DNA of 64,000 nucleotides. Origin: an uncultured Desulfospira sp. GTDB taxonomy: Bacteria; Desulfobacterota; Desulfobacteria; Desulfobacterales; Desulfobacteraceae. Within the stretch, counting starts at the first letter, position 1. The number at the start of each line of letters is the position of its first letter. The position numbers and the translations under genes were made by a program. Below, piece after piece: positions 1-9,038 of the stretch. A model generated the notes under the pieces. That model ran no database searches, had not been told where the DNA came from, and saw only the letters and a list, made by a program, of their open reading frames with translations. The stretch covers positions 2,048,001-2,112,000 of the forward strand of contig OY760175.1 in assembly GCA_963663165.1 (NCBI GenBank), read 5' to 3'.

Positions 1-78
1 CTTACCACACATCAAAATATTTCAAGCTGCCGGACTCCGAGAGAAATTTAATTCTCTACATTTTCCCTAAACAGAGAA

Positions 79-112
79 CGGACGTGGGTTCGATTCCCGT
101 TGGGATGCCTCC
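79..112 (+). other. Degenerate tmRNA/tRNA 3'-arm fragment (att-like)
   Basis: CGGACGTGGGTTCGATTCCCG matches the ssrA T-arm CGGACGCGGGTTCAACTCCCG at 18/21 positions, followed by GCCTCC. It lies on the opposite strand to ssrA. Confidence 0.5.
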
Positions 113-149
113 TGTAATCACTCCGCAAACCCGAGTCTGAAAGCGGCAA

Positions 150-205
150 TGTCACAAGTTTTGTCGTGAGTTTGTCGCAAGTTTTTGTCACAGCAGATGT
201 CATAG
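150..205 (+). repeat. Five TGTC-initiated imperfect direct repeats, 11-13 bp period
   Basis: TGTC at 150, 162, 173, 186 and 198 (TGTCACAAGTTT, TGTCGTGAGTT, TGTCGCAAGTTTT, TGTCACAGCAGA, TGTCATAG). Confidence 0.6.
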
Positions 206-225
206 CTCTGTATCGAAAAACCGGA

Positions 226-1287
226 TTATTCACCATCCTTGTTTTCAATTTGTTTCAACAGCCGATCAAAATCACTCTCAAAAAGACGATCCTGAATGAT
301 ACGGTATTTTTCAAATTCGCTTTCGGCGTGGGCTTTGGCTATTTCCGCCGTTACCTTTCCGGCGTCCTGCAGGATTTCCCGGTCGGTGGCTTCGATGAAT
401 TTATTCAAACGTATTTCCCAATCCTGCATGGTCATCGGCATCTTGCGCAAGGCCATGTCTTCAGCCACATCCAGGTAGGCGTTCACCAGCCGGGTCAGTT
501 GTGCCATTTCATTTTCGGTCAGATAATTCTTGGCCACACTGACGTCAAACTTCTGGATTTTACCTTTTGGAGCGTCCTTCCAGGTCGTCAGGCCCATGTG
601 TTGTTTCTGATGGTCTGCCCGGTCAACGATCACTTCGGCAGCGGTCTGGCCGTGAATGGCCCAATGCAGTTTGTTCTGTACGGTGGCAAAGAACCGTTTG
701 GTCGCCTGAGCGGTTACGTCATAGTCGATGGAGGTGGCGTAGATATCGGTGATCTTCTGGTAGAACTTGCGCTCGGAAAGGCGGATTTCCCGGATGCGCT
801 CCAGTTGCTCTTCAAAATATTGTTCAGTGAGGATGGAACCACCGCTTTTTATGCGCTCATCATCCATCACATAAGCCTTGATGGTGTACTCTTTAATGAT
901 GGTGGTCGCCCATTTACGGAACTGCACAGCACGTTCTGAGTTGACCTTATAACCGACGGCGATGATGGCCGAGAGATTATAGTGCTTGGTGTTGTAGTTT
1001 TTGCCGTCAGCGGCAGTTATTCGAAAATTTCGAATAACTGAATTTTCTTCTAACTCACTGTCGGAAAACACCTTTTTTAGATGGTAATTGATGGTATGAG
1101 TTTCAACGTCGTAGAGAACCCCCATCATTTTCTGGGTCAGCCAGATGTTTTCATCCGCATAAACGGCCTCAACGCCGCCTTGGCCACTTGCCGCAACAAA
1201 AGTCAGATACTCGGCCGCCGAGGACCTGACAATGGAGGTTTCTTTTGCCCCGGTCTTTTGAAGTTGTTTGTTTTTATCCTTCTTCAT
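226..1287 (-). CDS. Virulence RhuM family protein
   Basis: 353 aa with typical RhuM motifs: WLTQKMM, HYNLSAIIAVGYKVNS, QFRKWAT, IREIRLSERKFYQKITDIY, MGLTTWK. Confidence 0.9.
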   Translation of the reverse strand: MKKDKNKQLQKTGAKETSIVRSSAAEYLTFVAASGQGGVEAVYADENIWLTQKMMGVLYDVETHTINYHLKKVFSDSELEENSVIRNFRITAADGKNYNTKHYNLSAIIAVGYKVNSERAVQFRKWATTIIKEYTIKAYVMDDERIKSGGSILTEQYFEEQLERIREIRLSERKFYQKITDIYATSIDYDVTAQATKRFFATVQNKLHWAIHGQTAAEVIVDRADHQKQHMGLTTWKDAPKGKIQKFDVSVAKNYLTENEMAQLTRLVNAYLDVAEDMALRKMPMTMQDWEIRLNKFIEATDREILQDAGKVTAEIAKAHAESEFEKYRIIQDRLFESDFDRLLKQIENKDGE

Positions 1288-1874
1288 TCAACCCCTCCCC
1301 AGTTTTGATACCTGTCCCGGGACCAGCGGAGGTATTTCATCAATTCCCAGCTGACCGATTCGGAATCAAATCGCTCACTGTCAAAGTCTCCACCGGACCA
1401 TTCCATAAAACTTTCGTGTTCTTCGTGATTCGGGTCTTTCAGGGCGTTGCAGAATTCAAAGTAACCGGGAACGCCACCCACATCTTCAGGCGGGCAGGCC
1501 CGTTCACCTTCAAGGCAGGCCAGCTCCGTTCTCAGTTCCGGATTGAAATAACGGCTTTCTTCGAGAATGAGTTCATGCTCCCAGCCGTCCCCGAAATCAT
1601 ACAGATAACGGAAGGTGCGGCCTTTCTGTTTGATCAGATCTCCAAGACGGTGTTTACCGCAGACCAGCCCGTCTTCCTTCGATTCGGGATATTCCGTGTA
1701 GCGTTTATTCCCGATGGTAAACTCGTGCAGATGGCTGTCGGTCCAGCCCATGACAATCTGGATAACATCGTGCAACCGGTCCAGCGAAATGTTAGCCGGC
1801 ACCACGAAACGCCGCCAGATGGCCGGTTCGATATCAAGCAGTTGTATTTTAAGCAGATAAGATCGTTCGTTCAT
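1284..1874 (-). CDS. Plasmid pRiA4b ORF-3-like family protein
   Basis: Motifs IWRRFVVP, LHDVIQIVMGWTDSHLHEF, YLYDFGDGWEH and CPPEDVGG. Confidence 0.9.
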   Translation of the reverse strand: MNERSYLLKIQLLDIEPAIWRRFVVPANISLDRLHDVIQIVMGWTDSHLHEFTIGNKRYTEYPESKEDGLVCGKHRLGDLIKQKGRTFRYLYDFGDGWEHELILEESRYFNPELRTELACLEGERACPPEDVGGVPGYFEFCNALKDPNHEEHESFMEWSGGDFDSERFDSESVSWELMKYLRWSRDRYQNWGGVE

Positions 1875-3229
1875 TTCTTCACTCCATATTTTGACCAGAA
1901 GCTTCGTTTGCGCCCATGGGCCTGAATGATCTGCTCTTTGAAAGCTTCGTGATGATTAAATGCTTTCCAGTCGGCAACGCCTAGCGTCAGCTTGTCCAGC
2001 TTCTTCAGATACCGGATGCCATGGGGATACGCCTTGGTGTACCCACGTTCCAGAATAGAGATAAGCAGACTGCGGTAGATCAGACTGGTAACAAGATGGC
2101 GGTTTTCCGTTTCCATTGTTTCAGCCAGAGAAAGCAGGCTGCCGTAATGGTTGCCATCGAGCTGGCCAGATAGTCCCAAAAGATATTCTTCGGCTTCATC
2201 TATCTTTCCGACTGCAATCAGAAATTCCGCATCAGATTCCCGGAGCTTGTCAGATTTGAGAATCTGCTCAACCTCATCAGCAACCACTTCATCCTTTTTG
2301 TCATGACCGATAACATCCAGAAGCGCCTGCAGGGTTTCGGTGGAATGATAGGATCTGAATTTCTGATACAGGAGGTCCGTCAATTTTTCAGAATTGCCCT
2401 GCTTATGGTAGATCTCTTCAAGCAGCTTATCCCGTTCGTATGCCTGAAAAGTGTCGCCTTCCGGGATTTTCTTCAGCCACGAATGCGCATTTTCAACATC
2501 GCCGCTTTCAAGGTAGACTCGGGAAATATCGACAAGCGCTGCAGAATTTAGCTTTCCCCATGAAGCAATGCGCGTCTTTTCAAACAGCTTTGCATCCTTG
2601 ATCTGGCGGGCCAGTGATTCAATGGATCGTAGATGATGCCGCTTGCCGTATTCATCCTTTTCTTTGTCCGCCCACTTTTGAAGCGTGGCAATCATGTTAC
2701 GGATAATCGATTCAGGCAGACATCCCTCCGCACAATCAATCAAGGCACCCCGGATGCCGTAATTGTCCTTCTGGTTTACCTTGAGAATGATGTCTGCAAC
2801 TTTTTGTTTTTCTTCACATCGTGAGGCATACTCCACAAACAGCTCTTTGGCATCATAGCGGAACACATCGCCAATATTTCCGCTGGAGTCATCACACATC
2901 TCAAAAATGGTGTTGTCGGCCTCGTAAAATGCCGCAACCAGTTCCACGCCGGCAATCGGATCGTCCACGCCGGATTTCAAATCCTGCAACAGCATTTCCA
3001 GTTCCCGTGAGAAACCGGCAGCTCCACGCCAGTCAACAAACCGCCGTGAATGTTTCATACCAGAGAGTTTTTGTTTGAACCGCTGGACATTCTCTTTAGG
3101 CGTGGCAATCAATTGTTCAATCAGATCATCAGCCTCGTCTGAGTGGACAGCAATATTCAATAATGCGTCAGCAAGAGCTTCCGCACCTAAATCGATTAGT
3201 TTTTGTTTTCGGTCACTACCCAATGTCAT
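1871..3229 (-). CDS. Helical-repeat hypothetical protein, DUF6880-like
   Basis: 452 aa. CDDSSGNIGDVF, YPHGIRYLKKL and C-terminal HGRKRSFW resemble DUF6880 proteins. Overlaps both neighbours by 4 bp. Confidence 0.65.
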   Translation of the reverse strand: MTLGSDRKQKLIDLGAEALADALLNIAVHSDEADDLIEQLIATPKENVQRFKQKLSGMKHSRRFVDWRGAAGFSRELEMLLQDLKSGVDDPIAGVELVAAFYEADNTIFEMCDDSSGNIGDVFRYDAKELFVEYASRCEEKQKVADIILKVNQKDNYGIRGALIDCAEGCLPESIIRNMIATLQKWADKEKDEYGKRHHLRSIESLARQIKDAKLFEKTRIASWGKLNSAALVDISRVYLESGDVENAHSWLKKIPEGDTFQAYERDKLLEEIYHKQGNSEKLTDLLYQKFRSYHSTETLQALLDVIGHDKKDEVVADEVEQILKSDKLRESDAEFLIAVGKIDEAEEYLLGLSGQLDGNHYGSLLSLAETMETENRHLVTSLIYRSLLISILERGYTKAYPHGIRYLKKLDKLTLGVADWKAFNHHEAFKEQIIQAHGRKRSFWSKYGVKK

Positions 3230-3591
3230 GAGGTTTCTCTCTCCAACACAGCGCCTGCATCCTCCAGAATCGCTTTGATTTCGGGGGTCAATCTTCCCTG
3301 TATTTCTGCCGCCTGGGATATCTGTACATACTTGAAAGTGTTGAGATCAAATGGAACCCTGTCACCTGAATCCTGAGGCTCAAACAGATAGATAAGCCGG
3401 TTTTGCTCATGATGCTTGAGTGCGTAGCCTGCTTCCACATACACATTGGGGCGGTGATCGGTCATTTCATAAGGCACCGACACCGCCGCCAGATCGCGCG
3501 GATCGGCAAAGCCCCGGATCACCCGGAAAATACCCAACACGTTTTCGGCAAAATACCCTTCAAACTGGATGTATTGGCGGCCGCGTGACAT
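3226..3591 (-). pseudogene. Short, probably internally deleted gene ending in a nucleoside 2-deoxyribosyltransferase/TIR-like segment
   Basis: ATG at 3591, 1 nt after the S-subunit stop; 121 aa. The HRPNVYVEAGYA...VPFDL motif lacks the first half of its domain. Confidence 0.55.
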
Positions 3592-3592
3592 A

Positions 3593-4978
3593 TCAGAAGT
3601 CCTCCACTGAAAGGGTGCCAAGGATGAATTTTTCTACTTTCTTCACTAACGTTTTTCGATTATCAGAAGCTTTTTGTAACAACGCCCTGCTCTCAACTCT
3701 TTTAGATTCAATTATTTTGATAATCTTTTCTTGAACGCTTAAAGGCGGTAGTGGGAACTGTAACGCCATCAGTGCCGGTTTAGATATGTTTTTCATTGTT
3801 GGTGATGCTCCTGTAAGATTGTTTTCAATCTGCCAGCGCAAATGAGGTATTTTTAATATTTCATTCAAGTATTCTGGTAATACTGTTGAATCTTGCTTCC
3901 AGATAACCCGAAACAACTTATCACACAGCATTAGTTTGGGACGGACTTTGCCAACAAGAGCACATGCTCCTACATACTGGGTGATATTTGCGCGGCTAAT
4001 GATGAGGTCTCCGGGTTTCACTTCGTACTGTTCTCTTGGCGTCAGGTTTGGTGGCAGTGCTTTATTCTGCCTCTCATCAAACCATCCGAAGGAAACAGCG
4101 CCAACCTTAAGAACACCCCATTCGTCACCCTCAACTTTCCGGCCTAAACACTTCGGACTCCATCCATTTTGTAAATCCGAAATAACCTCTGAGAGAGAAA
4201 CAACAGGAAAAGGACTTTTTGACAAGTTAGGTTGACATGTCATTTCACGGGCAAGGTTCACACCCCAACGATCGATTTCTTTCCAGAATGAAACAAATGA
4301 CCGTCTTGAATGAGCCTGTTTTAATGGTTTTAAACCTATTTCTAAAACCAAATAATCTGGGATACTGTCACTGATGTTATGAGACAGTTCAGCATGTTTG
4401 TTCGCGTTTATATTTCCCTTCTCCCAATAGCCCACAATTTTTTGCTGAACAGGAAGCGATGGGTAAGGGACTTCTACACTAAGTAAGTTTGTTTCACTAA
4501 TTTCTCCTTTACCTTGTCCTCCTGTTAATATCACAAACTGATTCCTGCAAAAAGACGAACGAAGGGCTAACCAAAGAAATTTGGTGTCAATTTTTTTGTT
4601 GTTGGGAATAAGGGTCCTGAAATGTATAGTAGAACCTATAGTATCATTCCCCTCGACAATACCAATAGCCCCTTTTCGTGCATTGATTTTTGAGACTACA
4701 ATATCACCAAAATAGCCTTTGAACTGCTTCATACGTGTTGCTGTTTTTTTTCCCGAATAGACCTTACCTTCATCAAATGAAATTCGGTCTAATAATAAAA
4801 CAGCCCCTTTTTCTATTTCATCTTTTGTAGCTTCATCGTTTCGAATTGTGACCAATAGGCCCAAGGGTGTTTTTTCCCACGCACAATGATTAACCAGAGA
4901 TAGGTATGCAGAGCGAACATCCCAAAATTGAATAGCGGAAAAATTTGAAGAAAAAACTTTTGAAGAAACAGTACTCAT
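3593..4978 (-). CDS. hsdS: Restriction-modification specificity subunit (HsdS-like, two TRDs)
   Basis: Twofold repeat of GDIVVSK/GDLIISR and VPYPSLPVQQKIV/FPLPPLSVQEKII. Visibly AT-richer than its neighbours. Confidence 0.85.
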   Translation of the reverse strand: MSTVSSKVFSSNFSAIQFWDVRSAYLSLVNHCAWEKTPLGLLVTIRNDEATKDEIEKGAVLLLDRISFDEGKVYSGKKTATRMKQFKGYFGDIVVSKINARKGAIGIVEGNDTIGSTIHFRTLIPNNKKIDTKFLWLALRSSFCRNQFVILTGGQGKGEISETNLLSVEVPYPSLPVQQKIVGYWEKGNINANKHAELSHNISDSIPDYLVLEIGLKPLKQAHSRRSFVSFWKEIDRWGVNLAREMTCQPNLSKSPFPVVSLSEVISDLQNGWSPKCLGRKVEGDEWGVLKVGAVSFGWFDERQNKALPPNLTPREQYEVKPGDLIISRANITQYVGACALVGKVRPKLMLCDKLFRVIWKQDSTVLPEYLNEILKIPHLRWQIENNLTGASPTMKNISKPALMALQFPLPPLSVQEKIIKIIESKRVESRALLQKASDNRKTLVKKVEKFILGTLSVEDF

Positions 4979-7217
4979 TATTCCGCGCCTCCAACCTCGA
5001 CAAACGCCTCAGGATCAGCCAAAAACTCCCGATACCACTCCAGACAGGTCTTTTCCTCATCCTGCGGTTGGTTGGGCCGGGGGTATAGCTCGTTTCCATC
5101 TTCCTCACCCGTGGCAGTGATGCCGACCTTTTCGGCCTCGTACATAAAGATGGGATAGTCGAAGCGTTCTTTAAGCAACTGGCGGGATTCGACGGTCTTT
5201 TTCTCGTCCATCTCTTTAAGATAGGCGTTCAGCTCTTTTTGCAGCTCTTTGCGCCCTTCGGTATCCTTCTCCTCCTTGGCTTTGGCAATGGCCGTTTCCA
5301 GTCGTGTTGTCTCGGCGTCGATCTCACCCGCGTATTTGTCGTCTATTTCCGTTTTGGCCTGTGCATAGGTCTCATCGAATTTTTGTTTCTGCTCATCCGT
5401 ATATTTTTGCAGAAAAAGGAGGGAACATTTAACGCTGGCCCCGGAACTGACAAAGGTTTCCTGGGGCAGGCTGACCACCGCTTTTAAAAAAGCCCGGTCT
5501 TCTGTAAATTCACGCACATGGGCCAGGGAGGGGTTATTGTATATTCCTTCCGGCAATACAATTCCCATGCGGCCGCCGGGTTTGAGCAGATCCAGACATC
5601 GTTCAATGAAGAGAATTTCGGTTTTGATCTTTCCATAGACGATTTCCCCCTTCTTGCGCGTTTGTTTCGGCAGGGTAAAAGGGAGGCGATGGATTTATTC
5701 ATGGCAGCCTTTACCCTTGCCTGGGCCTCTTCGTATAAATCCCCGTACTCTTCCTTGTAGCGTTTGGCGGCTGCCGGTGTTACGGCAATCTCGCTCTCGG
5801 CAATCTTGTCACTGGGCTCCACATTGGCACCGAATGGCGGATTGGTGAGAATAATATCGAACCGCCCTTCAAAAATCCCGTTTACATTCAGGAATCCGTC
5901 ATGGTGATGCACACCGCCGTGGCCGTCTCCATGCATGATCATGTTCATCTTGCTGGTGCGGGCCATGCGGTCATTGGCGTCGGTACCATAGATACGGCGG
6001 TTGGAAAGCTTCCACATGCGCGAGCCTTCGTTGCGCTGGTCGATGGTTTTTTGGATCTCATCAAATTTTTTGCGTAATTGGACTGCTTTTTCTTCTTCAC
6101 TCAGCTTTTTGTCTTTGGTGAGTTTTTCCTTGAACACGTTATACTGCCGGTCTGCATCGGCCAGGATCTGTTCCCGGACCATTTCAAAGACACGAATCAG
6201 AAAACCGCCGGAGCCGCTGGCCGGGTCACAGACAATTTCACCCTCTTTGGGGTCGATCATGTGAACCATGAATTCGACAATGGAGCGCGGGGTGAAAAAC
6301 TGCCCGATCTCACCCCGGAAGGTACGTCCGAGAAACCGCTCAAACGCCACCCCCTTGATATCTTCACTGGTATCGGAGAGGTTGTATTTTTCCAGCAGGC
6401 GAACAATTTCCGTTCCGGTGGCAGGCTTCAGGTTGATGCGCTCATCATCCTCAAAGATTTTGTCCGTGGAATAGGCCTGCTTGGTCTGTTGAAACAACCA
6501 GTCCAGCGGATTGTCTCCCAACTGCTCTTCGAGATAATCAACACTGAACAGGTTCTTGCGTTTGCGTTTTTTGTTCAGTTCCCGTTCCACCCAGACTTTT
6601 ACAAACAGGATCTTGGCGATTTCATCAAAGGCGGCGGCCGGATCTTTCTTTTCCCGGTTACGGATCACGTTATGGCACTGGTGCAGAAGGTCGGCAAATT
6701 CCTTCTCTTTAAATACGCGAAGCTTGGATAACAGCTCTTTAATCTCTTTATCCGACGCATCGGCATGGGGGATGTTTTCGATCTCCTCTATATAACCGGG
6801 CATTTTGTCTTTTTTGACACGCCAGAATTTGGTTTCCCGCGAGTTATGCGTCACAAAAAAAGGCGCATCGGCGATGCGGGCATAGTTTTCACCCTGAGCA
6901 TAGTCCGCCGCTTTGATCGTCACATTATCGGCCTTGCATTCAATGATAATAAACGGTGCTTTCTGATCAGCCTTGTCTTTAGCGGTGCGCCAGATAATGA
7001 AGTCTGCCCGTGCCTGGGCGCTGCCCCGGCCTGTGACATTGACTTCCTCATCAATCTGATCCAGAGAATAGCCGTATTCGTCAATCAGGACGGTCAGGTA
7101 TTGCTGCCTTACCTCTTCTTCCGGCGTCAACGTCAACCATTTTTTACGTACCGGGCTGAAAATCTTGTTTCCCTCAATCCGAACCTCATCCGCCTTTTTA
7201 TATTTTTTCCCTGCCAT
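4978..7217 (-). CDS. Fused HsdR-N-type endonuclease + N6-adenine methyltransferase (Type IIB/IIG-like), split by a 1-nt frameshift at ~5677-5680
   Basis: N-terminal TPEEEVRQ...RADFII...IIECKA (PD-(D/E)xK), GQFFTPR, motif I DPASGSGGFL, motif IV NPPF. One extra T joins both ORFs through KTEILFIERCLDLLKPGGRMGIVLPEG (~746 aa). Confidence 0.85.
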
Positions 7218-7230
7218 AATCTCGCGTTCC

Positions 7231-7929
7231 TTAATCCAAAATCTTTCCGTTTTCCATAAAACTGTAATAGCATTCCCGCCCGATAATAATGTGGTCCTGA
7301 AGAATGATTTCCAAAACCTCAGCCGCCTGCTTCATTTTTTGAGTTGTCTCGATATCCTGTGGCGATGGGGTTACTTCACCAGAAGGGTGATTGTGAACCA
7401 CAACAACAGCACTGGCCGAAAGCCTCAGGGCCTCTTCCATGACTTTCCGTGTATAGACAACGGATTGCGTCGGAATACCCTCCGAAATAATCCGTTCCGC
7501 TAAAAGCTTGTTTTGCCCGTCAAGCAGAAAAACCAGAAATTGTTCGTGTCGCTGACTTTCAAACTTCGGATAGCAATACCGGGCAATAGCACCCGCCGAA
7601 TCAAATGAAACCGGTTTCACATCCAGCCTTCGGACACGTTTGCCGATCTCGACAGCTGCCTTTAGCTGCGCTGTTTTTGCCAAACCCAGCCCTTTGATCT
7701 GCATGATATCTTCAGCGTGTGCCCGATCAATTCCCTGAAGTCCTCCCAGTTTGGCTATTAGCTCTCTTCCAACATCAATAGCAGATGCCCCCTCATTGCC
7801 GATGCGCAGCAGAATAGCCAGCAACTCTGCGTCGGTCAGCAATTCAGCTCCAAACTGAATCAGCTTTTCTCTGGGACGCTCGCCCTCAGGCCATTGTTTT
7901 ATTGAAAGATTATGGGGTTTTTTAGTCAT
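7231..7929 (-). CDS. radC: RadC (JAB/MPN domain) protein
   Basis: ERPREKL, LTDAELLAILL, HhH IKGLGLAK, JAB motif HNHPSG..PS..D, LQDHIIIG. Confidence 0.93.
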   Translation of the reverse strand: MTKKPHNLSIKQWPEGERPREKLIQFGAELLTDAELLAILLRIGNEGASAIDVGRELIAKLGGLQGIDRAHAEDIMQIKGLGLAKTAQLKAAVEIGKRVRRLDVKPVSFDSAGAIARYCYPKFESQRHEQFLVFLLDGQNKLLAERIISEGIPTQSVVYTRKVMEEALRLSASAVVVVHNHPSGEVTPSPQDIETTQKMKQAAEVLEIILQDHIIIGRECYYSFMENGKILD

Positions 7930-8134
7930 TCAGATTCCCCAGTTCTTTCTGTGTTGCGCAAAAGGAATTGAACTGCTTAAGTGCCAGCTTGGATGGTAAT
8001 GTTTTTCCATTTTCCCACCGGTTGACAGTGGCAAAACTCACACCAATCGCATGGGCAAGGTCTTCCTGACTCAGGTTCAGCTGACTGCGTACCTTTTTTA
8101 CACGTTCAGAAAAAGGTTCTGATTCTATGGTCAT
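7922..8134 (-). CDS. XRE-family helix-turn-helix regulator
   Basis: LSQEDLAHAIGVSFATVNRWENGKTLPS. Start placed at ATG 8134 behind AAGGTGG rather than the ORF-track start. Confidence 0.88.
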   Translation of the reverse strand: MTIESEPFSERVKKVRSQLNLSQEDLAHAIGVSFATVNRWENGKTLPSKLALKQFNSFCATQKELGNLND

Positions 8135-8195
8135 TGCGCCACCTTGATTCTTTTTTGATGCAAAATTTACCTCGATCTTCAACTTTATTAAAGAC

Positions 8196-8223
8196 GTTAT
8201 AACATTTGCTATGGCACGTGCAA
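8196..8223 (-). promoter_or_regulatory. Putative sigma70 promoter of the island operon with overlapping palindromic operator
   Basis: Minus strand TTGCAC-N16-TATAAC. An ATAGCA-AA-TGTTAT inverted repeat overlaps the spacer and -10. Confidence 0.5.
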
Positions 8224-8347
8224 GAATTTTGTGCAACAGCCGCACTTCGATTTTTTCACTCAATCAAAAAAAGATTTAACAGTTACCGACACGTTCTCCG
8301 TTTCTCCGGTAAGTAAGGCCCAGGTAACCTGAACACAGGAGAAAACT

Positions 8348-8539
8348 ATGGATATTAATGAATTATTTGATGGAATTGCCGAGGCGTTTCGACAGTATCA
8401 GGCGGAAATGGCAGAGCAGGGGCAGGCTTCAGCCAACCCGACTCCCATCGGACTTGAGCCCGAAAAGGAATCTGAAAAAACAGAGATAATAATGCCGACA
8501 GAGAAGGAAGTTGAACAAGATTTCCCGAAACGGGAGTGA
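8348..8539 (+). CDS. Small acidic hypothetical protein
   Basis: 63 aa, AGGAG RBS upstream, 16 D/E versus 6 K/R. No recognisable motif. Confidence 0.45.
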   Translation: MDINELFDGIAEAFRQYQAEMAEQGQASANPTPIGLEPEKESEKTEIIMPTEKEVEQDFPKRE

Positions 8540-8592
8540 TTGCAGCGTATTCGGATGGATGCTTTTATCAGCGTAAGATACTAATTTATCGA

Positions 8593-8640
8593 AACAAAAA
8601 AACCGATTCTGTTTGCCGGACTCGGTAACAGGATCGGTTT
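8593..8640 (-). terminator. Intrinsic terminator after ssrA
   Basis: AAACCGATCCTGT...ACAGAATCGGTTT hairpin followed by a T-tract on the minus strand. Confidence 0.75.
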
Positions 8641-8653
8641 GTTTAAATATTGA

Positions 8654-9009
8654 TGGTGGAGGCGGCGGGAGTTGAACCCGCGTCCGAAGACAATCTTCCC
8701 AGGCTTCTACATACTTATCCTGAACTTTGTAATTGACCTAAAAGGCCCCTTCAGGATGGGTTCTTTTAGGCATAGCCTGAAAAATTCAACCGTTAAAGTT
8801 CAGACATCTTTAACGGCGGTCCTGCAATTATGACGTTCTGATCCGGATCTGCAGGAGGGATGCCGGGAGAACGGAAGCCGGTTTAAGCGGCTACAGCGTA
8901 GTTATAATCATCTGCGATTATATTTAAACTTTGCCAAGTTTACGAGTCGGCAAAACACTCGGTATGCTACCATAGGCTTCAAAATCTCCGTCGAAGCCAT
9001 TTCGCCCCC
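8654..9009 (-). ncRNA. ssrA: tmRNA; tag peptide (A)ADDYNYAVAA* at 8915-8883
   Basis: 5' GGGGGCGAAATGGCTTCGAC and 3' GGGTTCAACTCCCGCCGCCTCCACCA, tag ORF ending AA-stop, adjacent to smpB. Confidence 0.97.
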
Positions 9010-9038
9010 AAATTGTAAAAGATCAGTGATCAATCAGT

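Larger units (their letters stand above)
1..8653. mobile_element. Genomic (defence-type) island adjoining the tmRNA 3' end; left boundary may lie outside the window
   Basis: Accessory cargo (R-M, RadC, RhuM, pRiA4b ORF-3-like) begins right after the ssrA CCA end. ssrA is a known integration hotspot. No integrase is visible in the window. Confidence 0.75.

Noticed and set aside
166..1925. Long plus-strand ORFs 166-939 and 1245-1925, and similar antisense ORFs across the window
   Set aside because: They are shadows of well-supported genes on the opposite strand, with no motifs of their own.
5670..5690. Programmed -1 ribosomal frameshift in the RM gene
   Set aside because: In-frame codons read C CTT TTA, not a canonical X XXY YYZ site; error or mutation is simpler.
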